Of a stretch of 64,000 bases of DNA, positions 22,991-36,858 are shown piece after piece. The notes beneath the pieces are model-generated. The model was not told the DNA's origin, searched no databases, and saw nothing but the letters and a program-made list of their open reading frames with translations. Origin of the DNA: Octopus sinensis (Eukaryota). A program made the position numbers and the translations under genes. The first letter of the stretch is position 1. Every line of letters starts with the position of its first letter. The stretch lies in the NCBI RefSeq assembly GCF_006345805.1, contig NW_021835993.1, positions 124,001 through 188,000 of the forward strand. Reading direction: 5' to 3'.

Positions 22991-24972
22991 TTAATTTCCA
23001 CTGAAATGTGTGGAAATGTCCCTGAAGCATCTGGAAATCTTGTGGAGAATATGAATTGCCGAGTCGAGAGATTCAATGTTTTTGGAGGCAATCATTTTGT
23101 TGACCAGTTGCCCAAACGCTCGAATTTCTAAAATAGGGAGGACTGGAGAACGAGAGGCGGCGATGGACATATCCGTGGTTATCCCCGAGTTCTCCTGCTC
23201 AGTGTAATTGACGAACTCTCCAATCAGTGATAAACAGCAGTTTGCTCGCTGGTAGGCATATCCACAAGTCTTGATGACCTCGATGGGCGAGTCTCTTTTC
23301 TCGAAATGACGTGTCACCTCCTCCAACTGTGAGGCTGCGACTAAATCTGGGAGGCCAACCACAGACGGACAGGAACTGGGCAAAGTCGAGAGCGTCGAGT
23401 CCCAGGGTAACTGAATAGCGGAATTGGTTTCGCCAGAGTTGTACTGCTTTGGTCATTTCCTCTGATTTGCCACAAGACAGGACATTCTCCATGAGGAGTT
23501 CCAACGAGCCAATCGACCGAATCAGTTTGAGGGCGACTGGGAGTGAGGACAGGTGGCCAACCGTCCTTCTTTGTGCTGGTGATGGCCAGGAAGTAGAGGG
23601 CGTTGAGGAGTTCTTTATTGAGAAGTCTGACGGAAGTGGATTGTGAGTCCCAGTCTTCTTCCTACCATCCAAACACACCACCACCGATTTCAACAACTGG
23701 TCGACTTGTTCCACTGGCTGGGGAATGCGGAAGACCAGGTCCACCATTTTGTGGCAGGTAAGGAGTGAGAGGTTGTCGCGGAGTGTGGAGAAGAGGGTGT
23801 AGAGGGTGTTGAGGGACTTGATGCTGGGGGTGAGGACGAGAGCCAACCTGATGAACTCGTCCTTGGCCTGGAGAGAGGAGTAGGTGGAGGACTTGACGAC
23901 CTGCGTGATTGAATAATGGCACTTGTTGGCATGTGTGGAGAATAGTCAGTCTGAGTGTGTCATCTGTGCACTGACTGGTCATGAAGATGGTGATGGGGAC
24001 TGTCCGCTCGATTATTTCCCGTAGTTGGAGTGACTTGACCATGTAGGACGCCGACTCGTTCATGGAGACAATCTCCCTCAACTGCAGTCAGCCACTCACC
24101 CCACCTTTTCGTGACACTGACTGAAGATGGCCGCATTCCGTGGACAGTAGTCGTTGTAGTAGTGCTTGTGCTTGTACGACAGGGCCAACTGTCGCAGATT
24201 CTTCTTCATTTTGGCCAATATCAAATCCACGTGACCCTGACATGTCGGACGAGTATTACTTGACATGTGTCGTCGAAAGGGGATAGGGTTGTGTAGTTGG
24301 ACACACTGTTCATCAGTTGGATGATTCCCGCCAGAATATTTGATATTTTGGCAGACTGGTTGATCGAGAGGAGTTCCTTCTGTCGAGTCTCGGCGTCCCG
24401 AATGACCTGCATGATCATTCCCTTGAATTCCTAGACGTCGCCCAAGTCCCTTGCCTCGAAGGACGCCCTGCAGAACTTGCCCCCCAACAGACTCCGCTGA
24501 ATGAGTGCCGAACTGTGAGCACAGCGCAGTGCAAACACTCTGCACTTCTTGTCGTCCATAAGCAGGAGGATCTACCAATCACGACACCCCCAACGTGTGA
24601 TATCGATATTACAATCTTCTTGTTTATCTCAAACAGTCTTCCAATGTCCAACTCCGACGTGTTCGTGGACAGTCCCTCCAACAGGGAGTCCAATATTCGG
24701 CATGCCTTCGACGTCTCCTCTGCCAGAATCTGCGAATGACCCATATGGACGACCGGGTCTGCTTTCGAGGTGTCGACAAGTGCGATTTCGGTTATTTTTT
24801 TAGCCGACTGGATGATGGAGTAGAAAGCCGATGCCTCTGTGCCTGCTTTTCCGCTTTTGCTGTCAAAAGTCTTGATCCAGAATTCGCACATCTGGAATGT
24901 TGGATTAAATACTTTCATATAAATTGGGTCGACAATTTTTTGGAGGGTCTTCAGTTCGTAGCCGCAGTCCAT
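22991..24972 (-). CDS. Vinculin/alpha-catenin family protein, copy 2
   Basis: Duplicate of 10629-12610 with a few substitutions. Confidence 0.65.
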
Positions 24973-25673
24973 TGCTCTACATTGGAGTAGTCAGGGGAGG
25001 AGGGCAGCCAGTAAAATAATATATTTGCAGCATTTAAACATACCCGATTACCAAGTTCTGAGTTTAAATAAATGTATTTCATTTTGGGCCATATAAATAA
25101 TTAACTAACAAATTAAATAAATATAAATTAACAAATAAATGTTCCATAATCCTTGTTTATAGCAGCTCGTGATGTATTAGCTTAAAGTAGATAGGATCAG
25201 AGCAAAGGAGACCTGAATGTAGAGAGAATTCAACTTTGGAGTAGTTGGTCTATTCTCAACCATCGTCATGGATACAGAAAATCGAATTTGACAAGGTGGC
25301 GAGTGCACTACTATTCAGAGAGAGAACAATGGCGAGTATTTGCTCGTCCAGCAGCCTTAAATAGTCCCCCACTTATTCGATTGATTGGGAGAGGAGTGTT
25401 CTAAATAGTGGGTTTTATTTCTATAAAGTAGGGCATGTATGCGGAAAGTTGCGGGCTGGAGTTGGCCTGTTCTGTTCTCGCATAGTTCATTGGCATATTC
25501 GTGAATAATCAGCTAATTGGGTTCGTCAACAGAAACCCCTCAACAGCCACCACAAGACCAGTCCTCCGGCAATCTGAGGACCAACTAAATCAAGGAAACT
25601 AGCCAATCCCCCTAATGGTACCCCAAAGTAGTACTCGATATGCTTAACATCTCGGATTATATATTAGAATTTG

Positions 25674-26301
25674 TTATTTTCTTAAAGATTTAATAAAATT
25701 GGAGATTTTCTTTTCGCCCATTTTTATGTCGTTGGCGACAGTGCCCAGCACGCCGGCCTATGAATGCAGCAGACGACCAACCTCCGACTTTTCTGCCTTG
25801 TCGTTGTCGGCGATCCTTTTGAGGATTTCAGTTTTGGATATCTCGAGGACGAGTCCGCCCATTACAATTTCGTTGAGAACTTGATGGACCTGCCAGTGAG
25901 ACACAAGCGAGGACAGTATCGACGTGGAAGACCAAGTCGAGTTCACACACATTGGTGAAGAGGGCGTCCAGAATTTCGACAAACACTTGAATTAGGTCGA
26001 TTATGGCGAGAGGGCTTTCGAGTGAGTCAATGTAGAACACAAAGTGGAGAGTGGCATATGTCCTGTACACCAGAATGCCGTCCTTGCCGCACAGTCTGGC
26101 AATGAGAGAGCACTTACTTTCCCCCCTCCACGAACGAGCAGTCCTCGGGAGTCCGGCCAGTGATGAGTATGTACGTGTCCTCTACTAACTCCCGCTGTTC
26201 TCGCTCAGACTGGCTAATCAGTGCATGTTTACGTAGTGCTCGTAGAATTTGGTCAGACGAGGTTTCCCACTTCGGTTGAACACGAGAACTGCCTTAATCA
26301 T
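25674..26301 (-). CDS. AP3S1: AP-3 sigma, copy 2
   Basis: Duplicate of 13311-13938. Confidence 0.92.
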
Positions 26302-26389
26302 TCGACTAATTAATTCTATTTTATTCAAACAGTCCTTTAATACATTGTTCAAAAATACACTACAATCCAATATAAAGACATTAGCGGTT

Positions 26390-28333
26390 ATGAGTGAACA
26401 TGTCGGCTTTTGGGTGAATTTCACGAAATATAACATCCACTTGGTCAGACTGATTGCCAAAGGTAGCCGCCGTATTTCAGTCCAGGCGCATTCGGACTAA
26501 TCTACTTGGGAGTAGACGTCCGAACCAAGTCGAAATATGTGGTCAAGAAACTGGTCAAGGGCGATAAAATGCGAGTCGAAAATGAAATCAGAATTCAAGT
26601 AGTCGTGGTAGAATAACACCTGAGAGTTTGTTCAACAAGTGCGACAACATTGTCCATCTCATCACGTGGAATCAAATCCACATCCTCGGGGAAACTCACT
26701 TTAATTTGCTGATGGATTTTTGCCAGGGTCTCACTTTGATGGCATTGAAGGCGGCTCCCTCCACGACTACTTTGTCAAGCCCAGAAAACTCAGTCACCTC
26801 GAAATTTACTACATTTTCATCTCCGTTCTGAAAGCCCTGGAGAAACTCCACTGCATGGACCCGCCGATCATACACCGAGACCTCAAGGTGACTGACCCTT
26901 TATAAGACAGCTCGAAAACATTATGGTCGCGAACGGACGTGTCAAACTGGGAGACTTTGGCAGTGCAACCACCAACGTTTACAGACCCTCTGCAAACTGG
27001 ACAGAAGAGGAACTAAAGGGACTCGAGAGAGAAGTAGAAACAGCCTATAAGTCTAGATCAAGTGCTGCACCACTCCCTGCTATCGGTCCCCAGAAATGGT
27101 GGACGTCCGACTATTCCTGGAATTGGGACTGGGACAGGACATTTGGGTATTCGCTCGGCCAAACTCAGGCTCTTCGGATGTCTCCTGTACTTCCTGTGCT
27201 TTTCCTCGCTCCCCTTCGACATTTATTCCGCTCGACGAATCCTCAACTTGGAATACGACTTGCCTCCCTCCAGACACCCGACATGTCTCACATTACTCAT
27301 AAGTTCTCATGTGCTCGCTCACCCTAGAACACATTTTTGTCCTCAATCCCCAACAAAGGCCCACCGTGACTGATATCCTGACAAAACTAGTCGCGTCGGC
27401 CAACGCTTTCAAATTCAATCTTTGGAAGCCCCCTTCCTCTCTTTTCAGTGGGGTCTCGCGGAATTCCGATCTGATCTCCAAAATGGTTGACGACAAGCCG
27501 TCTCATCGGTGCGGCCACATTGCCCTGACGTCGAGAGTGCACGGTTATGCTGACATGCTCAACTGCAGCATATTTTACTTGGTGCAAAATAGGGGACAAA
27601 CATCTGTCGAACATACTCACGTCGTGCATTAGTCAAGGAATACTTAACCCCTGCATTTCCGACCTGTGCATTATCAACATGACAGGACACACACTCGACA
27701 CACCTCTCAGGATAAAGGTCCACTCTCCCTACACACATTTTAGATCGTTCAAGTTCTCTTCAAATCACATCAATTCCACTCGATCGAGTTGGTGTTGAAA
27801 CACTTGTCGGTGGTGCTCGAAGTGCTTTCTTCTGGGAAGACGACACTGTTTATATCGAAGGTGGTGCCTGCTCATATAGACTAGCCCGACGACTCCACCA
27901 TCCACTTCTTCTTTGTGCTGATTCTGCTTTCTTCAAAGATTTTCACAGATTTGAAGGAATGTGAAAAATACCTGAATTCTAATAATTTCCAATCTCTTTT
28001 GTCACCTGCCGAAAAAGAGTACCCCACCTAAACATCCCCAGACAAATAACTGCACTGACCAACCAAGTCCTATATGTCAATAATTTGTCGAGCAAGTCCC
28101 TTTTTATTTGTCCGTTGGACGTTGCCTGTCTGGAAGAATTGAGGGACTTGGAGCACCGGCACGGTAATCAGCTTTCTCGTATTCAGATGTGTCGTCGAAT
28201 GTTCAGGATCTGATTGGAAAGAGAACAAACAGCATTGGTGATACAACACAGAATGGACCTGATGACAAAACATTCGATGATTTCCCAATTTGTAGAAATT
28301 ATTTGTATATTTTTAGTTAACACTGATTTCTGA
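26390..28333 (+). CDS. GAK: GAK-like kinase, copy 2 (1-nt insertion at 27173-27175 shifts the frame after QDIWA)
   Basis: Reads gctcttcgga; copy 1 has gctcttgga and the other copies gctctcgga. Confidence 0.75.
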
Positions 28334-29224
28334 ACAGTGTTCTTTTGATGTTTATTTAGTAGTTCTAATTACAGAAAAGACTTTTACAGATTAGATTCGA
28401 CTCACTGTCCAAACATGTAAACCGACTTCAAAGTCACGCCTTCTGTCAAACGGGGTTCCGGAAGGTTCCTCTCTCTCGCTCACCCTGTTTAATTTTTTCA
28501 TCGCTGATCTGCCTGTACCAGATAATAAAAACAACATCCTGATTTCCTGCGCCGACGAAATTGTCATTGCTTTAAAGACTGGTACATCCTGGCTGCTTCA
28601 TCAACGCTACATTAAATAACTGGACCACTGCTAACCGCCTATTAAAATGTCTAAAAAATCGGAGATCTCCCTCTTCATCTCGGATAAAAGAGTTCGGAAG
28701 AAATCATTGCATCTTACACTGGATAACAATAAAATTCTTTTTGCAGTGGATGGATCCGAAAGGTTATGTTTGATACTCACACATGCTTTTTTCATTTCGT
28801 TTCTAGTAAAGACCATCATCTCTGAAAATACTTGTAGTTTCGAGAATTCACATAATTGATCCATTTGTCTGATGAGAAGGATAAATGTAGCATTTCTGGA
28901 CCTCAACACAGTGCATTACTTCTACGAAGTAACATAAGTGAATTAACAACTGAATTTCAGACGAGGAGTAGCCAATGTCCAGAAACTATCAATCTGAAAT
29001 CATTGGAAAACTATTTTGGTTGGTTAGAAAGTAACTAAATCGGTGTTTATAAGGAATTTCCATCGTCTGAAGTGAATAAGGAACTGGCCGACACTTTTGT
29101 GGAGTTAGTTTTGAAATCTGCCAGAGTTCTCAGAAGTCATCGAAGAAAGACGGAGATTGTGGGGACAAATGAAGCAAAAGTGTCAAAAAGGATTTGTAGT
29201 TTGACTTTTCCGTATTTGAGTGAA

Positions 29225-29647
29225 TATAGTCGAATTACGACAAAAAAATAGTCGAATTACAAATTTCTTCTTGTTGCCTTGCAAATTCTTCTGACAAATC
29301 CTTCACGGATCCTTCCAAAGCTCACAGCAAAAGAGTGGACTCACTGGAATTATGGTGCTGGCGCAAACTTTTGAACATAAATCGGTACGACAAAGTGTCA
29401 AATGTCGTTGTTCTCGAAAGGATTAAACCTACACTGTCGCTTGTGGCGAAAGTTTGGAAGAAACAATTATCATATTTGGGGCACGTGCTAAACTGGACAT
29501 CTGAAGTAGTGAAACTTACTGGACATCATTTGTCGGAAATAGCAGAGCTGGTGGGGGATAGAGTTTCGTGGAGGGACCTGTCTTACAGAATCGCCAATGG
29601 CCGGAATCGGCTGAATATGGCTTAACTTTAACTTTATAGTCGAATTA
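29225..29647 (+). mobile_element. 5'-truncated RTE LINE with a 75-bp internal deletion (same allele at 32425-32847 and 35624-36045)
   Basis: RTE C-terminal motif, (TAACTT)2 tail and flanking TATAGTCGAATTA repeats; lacks RENG...RPKL relative to the 59-kb copy. Confidence 0.85.
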
Positions 29648-30109
29648 ATACGGTCGATTTACACTCACTAATGGTTGATTAAATTATGATTATAAACCAA
29701 CAGCCCCTCACAGTGAAATGCGTAAAGAAATCGCCATTTGTATAGCTGATTCGTATCTTTCGTTAAATATTTTGCTGAACAGCCTGATGACCTACTGGGT
29801 TGAAACCAATAATAGCGAGAACTACGGAATGTACATGCAAGGAATATATTCGTCGAATTATTTTAGGAATGAACGACCAAACATACTTTTTCGAACAATT
29901 TCCAAATGAGACGTGGAGAAGTTGCGTCGGCACGATGAATTGGATGAATGTGACCAATCTGGGCCTCTCAATTTCCACTTTTGCTTTGATGTTCGGAAAT
30001 AAATTCCCAGCTGTGGTGTTCGTCGGGCACATAATCTGCGGTCGTAGAGTACAGTTGATAAATAGATATTGTGAACATATTAGCCGGAGGAGTGTTAGCT
30101 CGACATATT

Positions 30110-31533
30110 AGCTCGAAAAAATTATGGTCGCGAACGGACGTGTCAAACTGGGAGACTTTGGCAGTGCAACCACCAATGTTTACAGACCCTCTGCAAACTG
30201 GACAGAAGAGGAACTAAAGGGACTCGAGAGAGAAGTAGAAACAGCCTATAAGTCTAGATCAAGTGCTGCACCACTCCCTGCTATCGGTCCCCAGAAATGG
30301 TGGACGTCCGACTATTCCTGGAATTGGGACTGGGACAGGACATTTGGGTATTCGCTCGGCCAAACTCAGGCTCTCGGATGTCTCCTGTACTTCCTGTGCT
30401 TTTCCTCGCTCCCCTTCGACATTTATTCCGCTCGACGAATCCTCAACTTGGAATACGACTTGCCTCCCTCCAGACACCCGACATGTCTCACATTACTCAT
30501 AAGTTCTCATGTGCTCGCTCACCCTAGAACACATTTTTATCCTCAAACCCCAACAAAGGCCCACCGTGACTGATATCCTGACAAAACTAGTCGCGTCGGC
30601 CAACGCTTTCAAATTCAATCTTTGGAAGCCCCCTTCCTCTCTTTTCAGTGGGGTCTCGCGGAATTCCGATCTGATCTCCAAAATGGTTGACGACAAGCCG
30701 TCTCATCGGTGCGGCCACATTGCCCTGACGTCGAGAGTGCACGGTTATGCTGACATGCTCAACTGCAGCATATTTTACTTGGTGCAAAATAGGGGACAAA
30801 CATCTGTCGAACATACTCACGTCGTGCATTAGTCAAGGAATACTTAACCCCTGCATTTCCGACCTGTGCATTATCAACATGACAGGACACACACTCGACA
30901 CACCTCTCAGGATAAAGGTCCACTCTCCCTACACACATTTTAGATCGTTCAAGTTCTCTTCAAATCACATCAATTCCACTCGATCGAGTTGGTGTTGAAA
31001 CACTTGTCGGTGGTGCTCGAAGTGCTTTCTTCTGGGAAGACGACACTGTTTATATCGAAGGTGGTGCCTGCTCATATAGACTAGCCCGACGACTCCACCA
31101 TCCACTTCTTCTTTGTGCTGATTCTGCTTTCTTCAAAGATTTTCACAGATTTGAAAGAATGTGAAAAATACCTGAATTCTAATAATTTCCAATCTCTTTT
31201 GTCACCTGCCGAAAAAGAGTATCCTACCTAAACATCCCCAGACAAATAACTGCACTGACCAACCAAGTCCTATATGTCAATAATTTGTCGAGCAAGTCCC
31301 TTTTTATTTGTCCGTTGGACGTTGCCTGTCTGGAAGAATTGAGGGACTTGGAGCACCGGCACGGTAATCAGCTTTCTCGTATTCAGATGTGTCGTCGAAT
31401 GTTCGGGATCTGATTGGGAAGAGAACAAACAGCATTGGTGATACAACACAAAATGGACCTGATGACAAAACATTCGATGATTTCCCAATTTGTAGAAATT
31501 ATTTGTATATTTTTAGTTAACACTGATTTCTGA
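30110..31533 (+). pseudogene. GAK: 5'-truncated GAK-like copy starting after HRDLK (second such copy at about 33310-34732)
   Basis: Starts at the LEN exon; lacks the N-lobe and the catalytic HRD. Confidence 0.9.
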
Positions 31534-34500
31534 ACAGTGTTCTTTTGATGTTTATTTAGTAGTTCTAATTACAGAAAAGACTTTTACCGATTAGATTCGA
31601 CTCACTGTCCAAACATGTAAACCGACTTCAAAGTCACGCCTTCTGTCAAACGGGGTTCCGGAAGGTTCCTCTCTCTCGCTCACCCTGTTTAATTTTTTCA
31701 TCGCTGATCTGCCTGTACCAGATAATAAAAACAACATCCTGATTTCCTGCGCCGACGAAATTGTCATTGCTTTAAAGACTGGTACATCCTGGCTGCTTCA
31801 TCAACGCTACATTAAATAACTGGACCACTGCTAACCGCCTATTAAAATGTCTAAAAAATCGGAGATCTCCCTCTTCATCTCGGATAAAAGAGTTCGGAAG
31901 AAATCATTGCATCTTACACTGGATAACAATAAAATTCTTTTTGCAGTGGATGGATCCGAAAGGTTATGTTTGATACTCACACATGCTTTTTTCATTTCGT
32001 TTCTAGTAAAGACCATCATCTCTGAAAATACTTGTAGTTTCGAGAATTCACATAATTGATCCATTTGTCTGATGAGAAGGATAAATGTAGCATTTCTGGA
32101 CCTCAACACAGTGCATTACTTCTACGAAGTAACATAAGTGAATTAACAACTGAATTTCAGACGAGGAGTAGCCAATGTCCAGAAACTATCAATCTGAAAT
32201 CATTGGAAAACTATTTTGGTTGGTTAGAAAGTAACTAAATCGGTGTTTATAAGGAATTTCCATCGTCTGAAGTGAATAAGGAACTGGCCGACACTTTTGT
32301 GGAGTTAGTTTTGAAATCTGCCAGAGTTCTCAGAAGTCATCGAAGAAAGACGGAGATTGTGGGGACAAATGAAGCAAAAGTGTCAAAAAGGATTTGTAGT
32401 TTGACTTTTCCGTATTTGAGTGAATATAGTCGAATTACGACAAAAAAATAGTCGAATTACAAATTTCTTCTTGTTGCCTTGCAAATTCTTCTGACAAATC
32501 CTTCACGGATCCTTCCAAAGCTCACAGCAAAAGAGTGGACTCACTGGAATTATGGTGCTGGCGCAAACTTTTGAACATAAATCGGTACGACAAAGTGTCA
32601 AATGTCGTTGTTCTCGAAAGGATTAAACCTACACTGTCGCTTGTGGCGAAAGTTTGGAAGAAACAATTATCATATTTGGGGCACGTGCTAAACTGGACAT
32701 CTGAAGTAGTGAAACTTACTGGACATCATTTGTCGGAAATAGCAGAGCTGGTGGGGGATAGAGTTTCGTGGAGGGACCTGTCTTACAGAATCGCCAATGG
32801 CCGGAATCGGCTGAATATGGCTTAACTTTAACTTTATAGTCGAATTAATACGGTCGATTTACACTCACTAATGGTTGATTAAATTATGATTATAAACCAA
32901 CAGCCCCTCACAGTGAAATGCGTAAAGAAATCGCCATTTGTATAGCTGATTCGTATCTTTCGTTAAATATTTTGCTGAACAGCCTGATGACCTACTGGGT
33001 TGAAACCAATAATAGCGAGAACTACGGAATGTACATGCAAGGAATATATTCGTCGAATTATTTTAGGAATGAACGACCAAACATACTTTTTCGAACAATT
33101 TCCAAATGAGACGTGGAGAAGTTGCGTCGGCACGATGAATTGGATGAATGTGACCAATCTGGGCCTCTCAATTTCCACTTTTGCTTTGATGTTCGGAAAT
33201 AAATTCCCAGCTGTGGTGTTCGTCGGGCACATAATCTGCGGTCGTAGAGTACAGTTGATAAATAGATATTGTGAACATATTAGCCGGAGGAGTGTTAGCT
33301 CGACATATTAGCTCGAAAAAATTATGGTCGCGAACGGACGTGTCAAACTGGGAGACTTTGGCAGTGCAACCACCAATGTTTACAGACCCTCTGCAAACTG
33401 GACAGAAGAGGAACTAAAGGGACTCGAGAGAGAAGTAGAAACAGCCTATAAGTCTAGATCAAGTGCTGCACCACTCCCTGCTATCGGTCCCCAGAAATGG
33501 TGGACGTCCGACTATTCCTGGAATTGGGACTGGGACAGGACATTTGGGTATTCGCTCGGCCAAACTCAGGCTCTCGGATGTCTCCTGTACTTCCTGTGCT
33601 TTTCCTCGCTCCCCTTCGACATTTATTCCGCTCGACGAATCCTCAACTTGGAATACGACTTGCCTCCCTCCAGACACCCGACATGTCTCACATTACTCAT
33701 AAGTTCTCATGTGCTCGCTCACCCTAGAACACATTTTTATCCTCAAACCCCAACAAAGGCCCACCGTGACTGATATCCTGACAAAACTAGTCGCGTCGGC
33801 CAACGCTTTCAAATTCAATCTTTGGAAGCCCCCTTCCTCTCTTTTCAGTGGGGTCTCGCGGAATTCCGATCTGATCTCCAAAATGGTTGACGACAAGCCG
33901 TCTCATCGGTGCGGCCACATTGCCCTGACGTCGAGAGTGCACGGTTATGCTGACATGCTCAACTGCAGCATATTTTACTTGGTGCAAAATAGGGGACAAA
34001 CATCTGTCGAACATACTCACGTCGTGCATTAGTCAAGGAATACTTAACCCCTGCATTTCCGACCTGTGCATTATCAACATGACAGGACACACACTCGACA
34101 CACCTCTCAGGATAAAGGTCCACTCTCCCTACACACATTTTAGATCGTTCAAGTTCTCTTCAAATCACATCAATTCCACTCGATCGAGTTGGTGTTGAAA
34201 CACTTGTCGGTGGTGCTCGAAGTGCTTTCTTCTGGGAAGACGACACTGTTTATATCGAAGGTGGTGCCTGCTCATATAGACTAGCCCGACGACTCCACCA
34301 TCCACTTCTTCTTTGTGCTGATTCTGCTTTCTTCAAAGATTTTCACAGATTTGAAAGAATGTGAAAAATACCTGAATTCTAATAATTTCCAATCTCTTTT
34401 GTCACCTGCCGAAAAAGAGTATCCTACCTAAACATCCCCAGACAAATAACTGCACTGACCAACCAAGTCCTATATGTCAATAATTTGTCGAGCAAGTCCC

Positions 34501-36049
34501 TTTTATTTGTCCGTTGGACGTTGCCTGTCTGGAAGAATTGAGGGACTTGGAGCACCGGCACGGTAATCAGCTTTCTCGTATTCAGATGTGTCGTCGAATG
34601 TTCGGGATCTGATTGGGAAGAGAACAAACAGCATTGGTGATACAACACAAAATGGACCTGATGACAAAACATTCGATGATTTCCCAATTTGTAGAAATTA
34701 TTTGTATATTTTTAGTTAACACTGATTTCTGAACAGTGTTCTTTTGATGTTTATTTAGTAGTTCTAATTACAGAAAAGACTTTTACCGATTAGATTCGAC
34801 TCACTGTCCAAACATGTAAACCGACTTCAAAGTCACGCCTTCTGTCAAACGGGGTTCCGGAAGGTTCCTCTCTCTCGCTCACCCTGTTTAATTTTTTCAT
34901 CGCTGATCTGCCTGTACCAGATAATAAAAACAACATCCTGATTTCCTGCGCCGACGAAATTGTCATTGCTTTAAAGACTGGTACATCCTGGCTGCTTCAT
35001 CAACGCTACATTAAATAACTGGACCACTGCTAACCGCCTATTAAAATGTCTAAAAAATCGGAGATCTCCCTCTTCATCTCGGATAAAAGAGTTCGGAAGA
35101 AATCATTGCATCTTACACTGGATAACAATAAAATTCTTTTTGCAGTGGATGGATCCGAAAGGTTATGTTTGATACTCACACATGCTTTTTTCATTTCGTT
35201 TCTAGTAAAGACCATCATCTCTGAAAATACTTGTAGTTTCGAGAATTCACATAATTGATCCATTTGTCTGATGAGAAGGATAAATGTAGCATTTCTGGAC
35301 CTCAACACAGTGCATTACTTCTACGAAGTAACATAAGTGAATTAACAACTGAATTTCAGACGAGGAGTAGCCAATGTCCAGAAACTATCAATCTGAAATC
35401 ATTGGAAAACTATTTTGGTTGGTTAGAAAGTAACTAAATCGGTGTTTATAAGGAATTTCCATCGTCTGAAGTGAATAAGGAACTGGCCGACACTTTTGTG
35501 GAGTTAGTTTTGAAATCTGCCAGAGTTCTCAGAAGTCATCGAAGAAAGACGGAGATTGTGGGGACAAATGAAGCAAAAGTGTCAAAAAGGATTTGTAGTT
35601 TGACTTTTCCGTATTTGAGTGAATATAGTCGAATTACGACAAAAAAATAGTCGAATTACAAATTTCTTCTTGTTGCCTTGCAAATTCTTCTGACAAATCC
35701 TTCACGGATCCTTCCAAAGCTCACAGCAAAAGAGTGGACTCACTGGAATTATGGTGCTGGCGCAAACTTTTGAACATAAATCGGTACGACAAAGTGTCAA
35801 ATGTCGTTGTTCTCGAAAGGATTAAACCTACACTGTCGCTTGTGGCGAAAGTTTGGAAGAAACAATTATCATATTTGGGGCACGTGCTAAACTGGACATC
35901 TGAAGTAGTGAAACTTACTGGACATCATTTGTCGGAAATAGCAGAGCTGGTGGGGATAGAGTTTCGTGGAGGGACCTGTCTTACAGAATCGCCAATGGCC
36001 GGAATCGGCTGAATATGGCTTAACTTTAACTTTATAGTCGAATTAATAC

Positions 36050-36760
36050 GGTCGATTTACACTCACTAATGGTTGATTAAATTATGATTATAAACCAACA
36101 GCCCCTCACAGTGAAATGCGTAAAGAAATCGCCATTTGTATAGCTGATTCGTATCTTTCGTTAAATATTTTGCTGAACAGCCTGATGACCTACTGGGTTG
36201 AAACCAATAATAGCGAGAACTACGGAATGTACATGCAAGGAATATATTCGTCGAATTATTTTAGGAATGAACGACCAAACATACTTTTTCGAACAATTTC
36301 CAAATGAGACGTGGAGAAGTTGCGTCGGCACGATGAATTGGATGAATGTGACCAATCTGGGCCTCTCAATTTCCACTTTTGCTTTGATGTTCGGAAATAA
36401 ATTCCCAGCTGTGGTGTTCGTCGGGCACATAATCTGCGGTCGTAGAGTACAGTTGATAAATAGATATTGTGAACATATTAGCCGGAGGAGTGTTCGTCCG
36501 AAATGGAATAGTCGAGTACTGTCATCAGTTGTGGAGTACAACCAAGATACCTGTAGTCTGTACCATCCGGGAAGGGCTTTCATACCACATTGGATTGTCC
36601 TTTCTCCACATTTTGTACTGCGCAATAGTCATGTTCCACTATACTTGCAAAAGACCTCACAAAGGATGACGCCCCTAATCACCATTTTAACTGAAATTGT
36701 GTTCATTTCCCACATGTAACGCCACAATTCATAAAATTAAACAATATCGGTAGGATAGTC
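36050..36760 (-). CDS. Unidentified coding-like minus-strand region (second copy about 59500-60190); may be the 5' part of the gene interrupted by RTE
   Basis: Long overlapping open frames and intron-sized GT-AG segments; the two copies differ by an in-frame 3-nt indel; no family recognised. Confidence 0.3.
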
Positions 36761-36858
36761 TCACACACAAAATGACCATCTCTGAACCGACAAGTAATAT
36801 TCCTAACGAGCAACAACAAAACATAGCCAAAATGATAACGGAAATTAATTTATGTCGA

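Larger units (their letters stand above)
17107..29471. repeat. Segmental unit B-C-D, copy 2
   Basis: Near-identical to 4735-17106. Confidence 0.97.
26909..36495. repeat. Three head-to-tail copies of a ~3.2-kb D-E unit (26909-30096, 30097-33296, 33297-36495)
   Basis: ORF track repeats at +3201 and +3200; the same novel junction occurs at 30097 and 33297. Confidence 0.97.
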
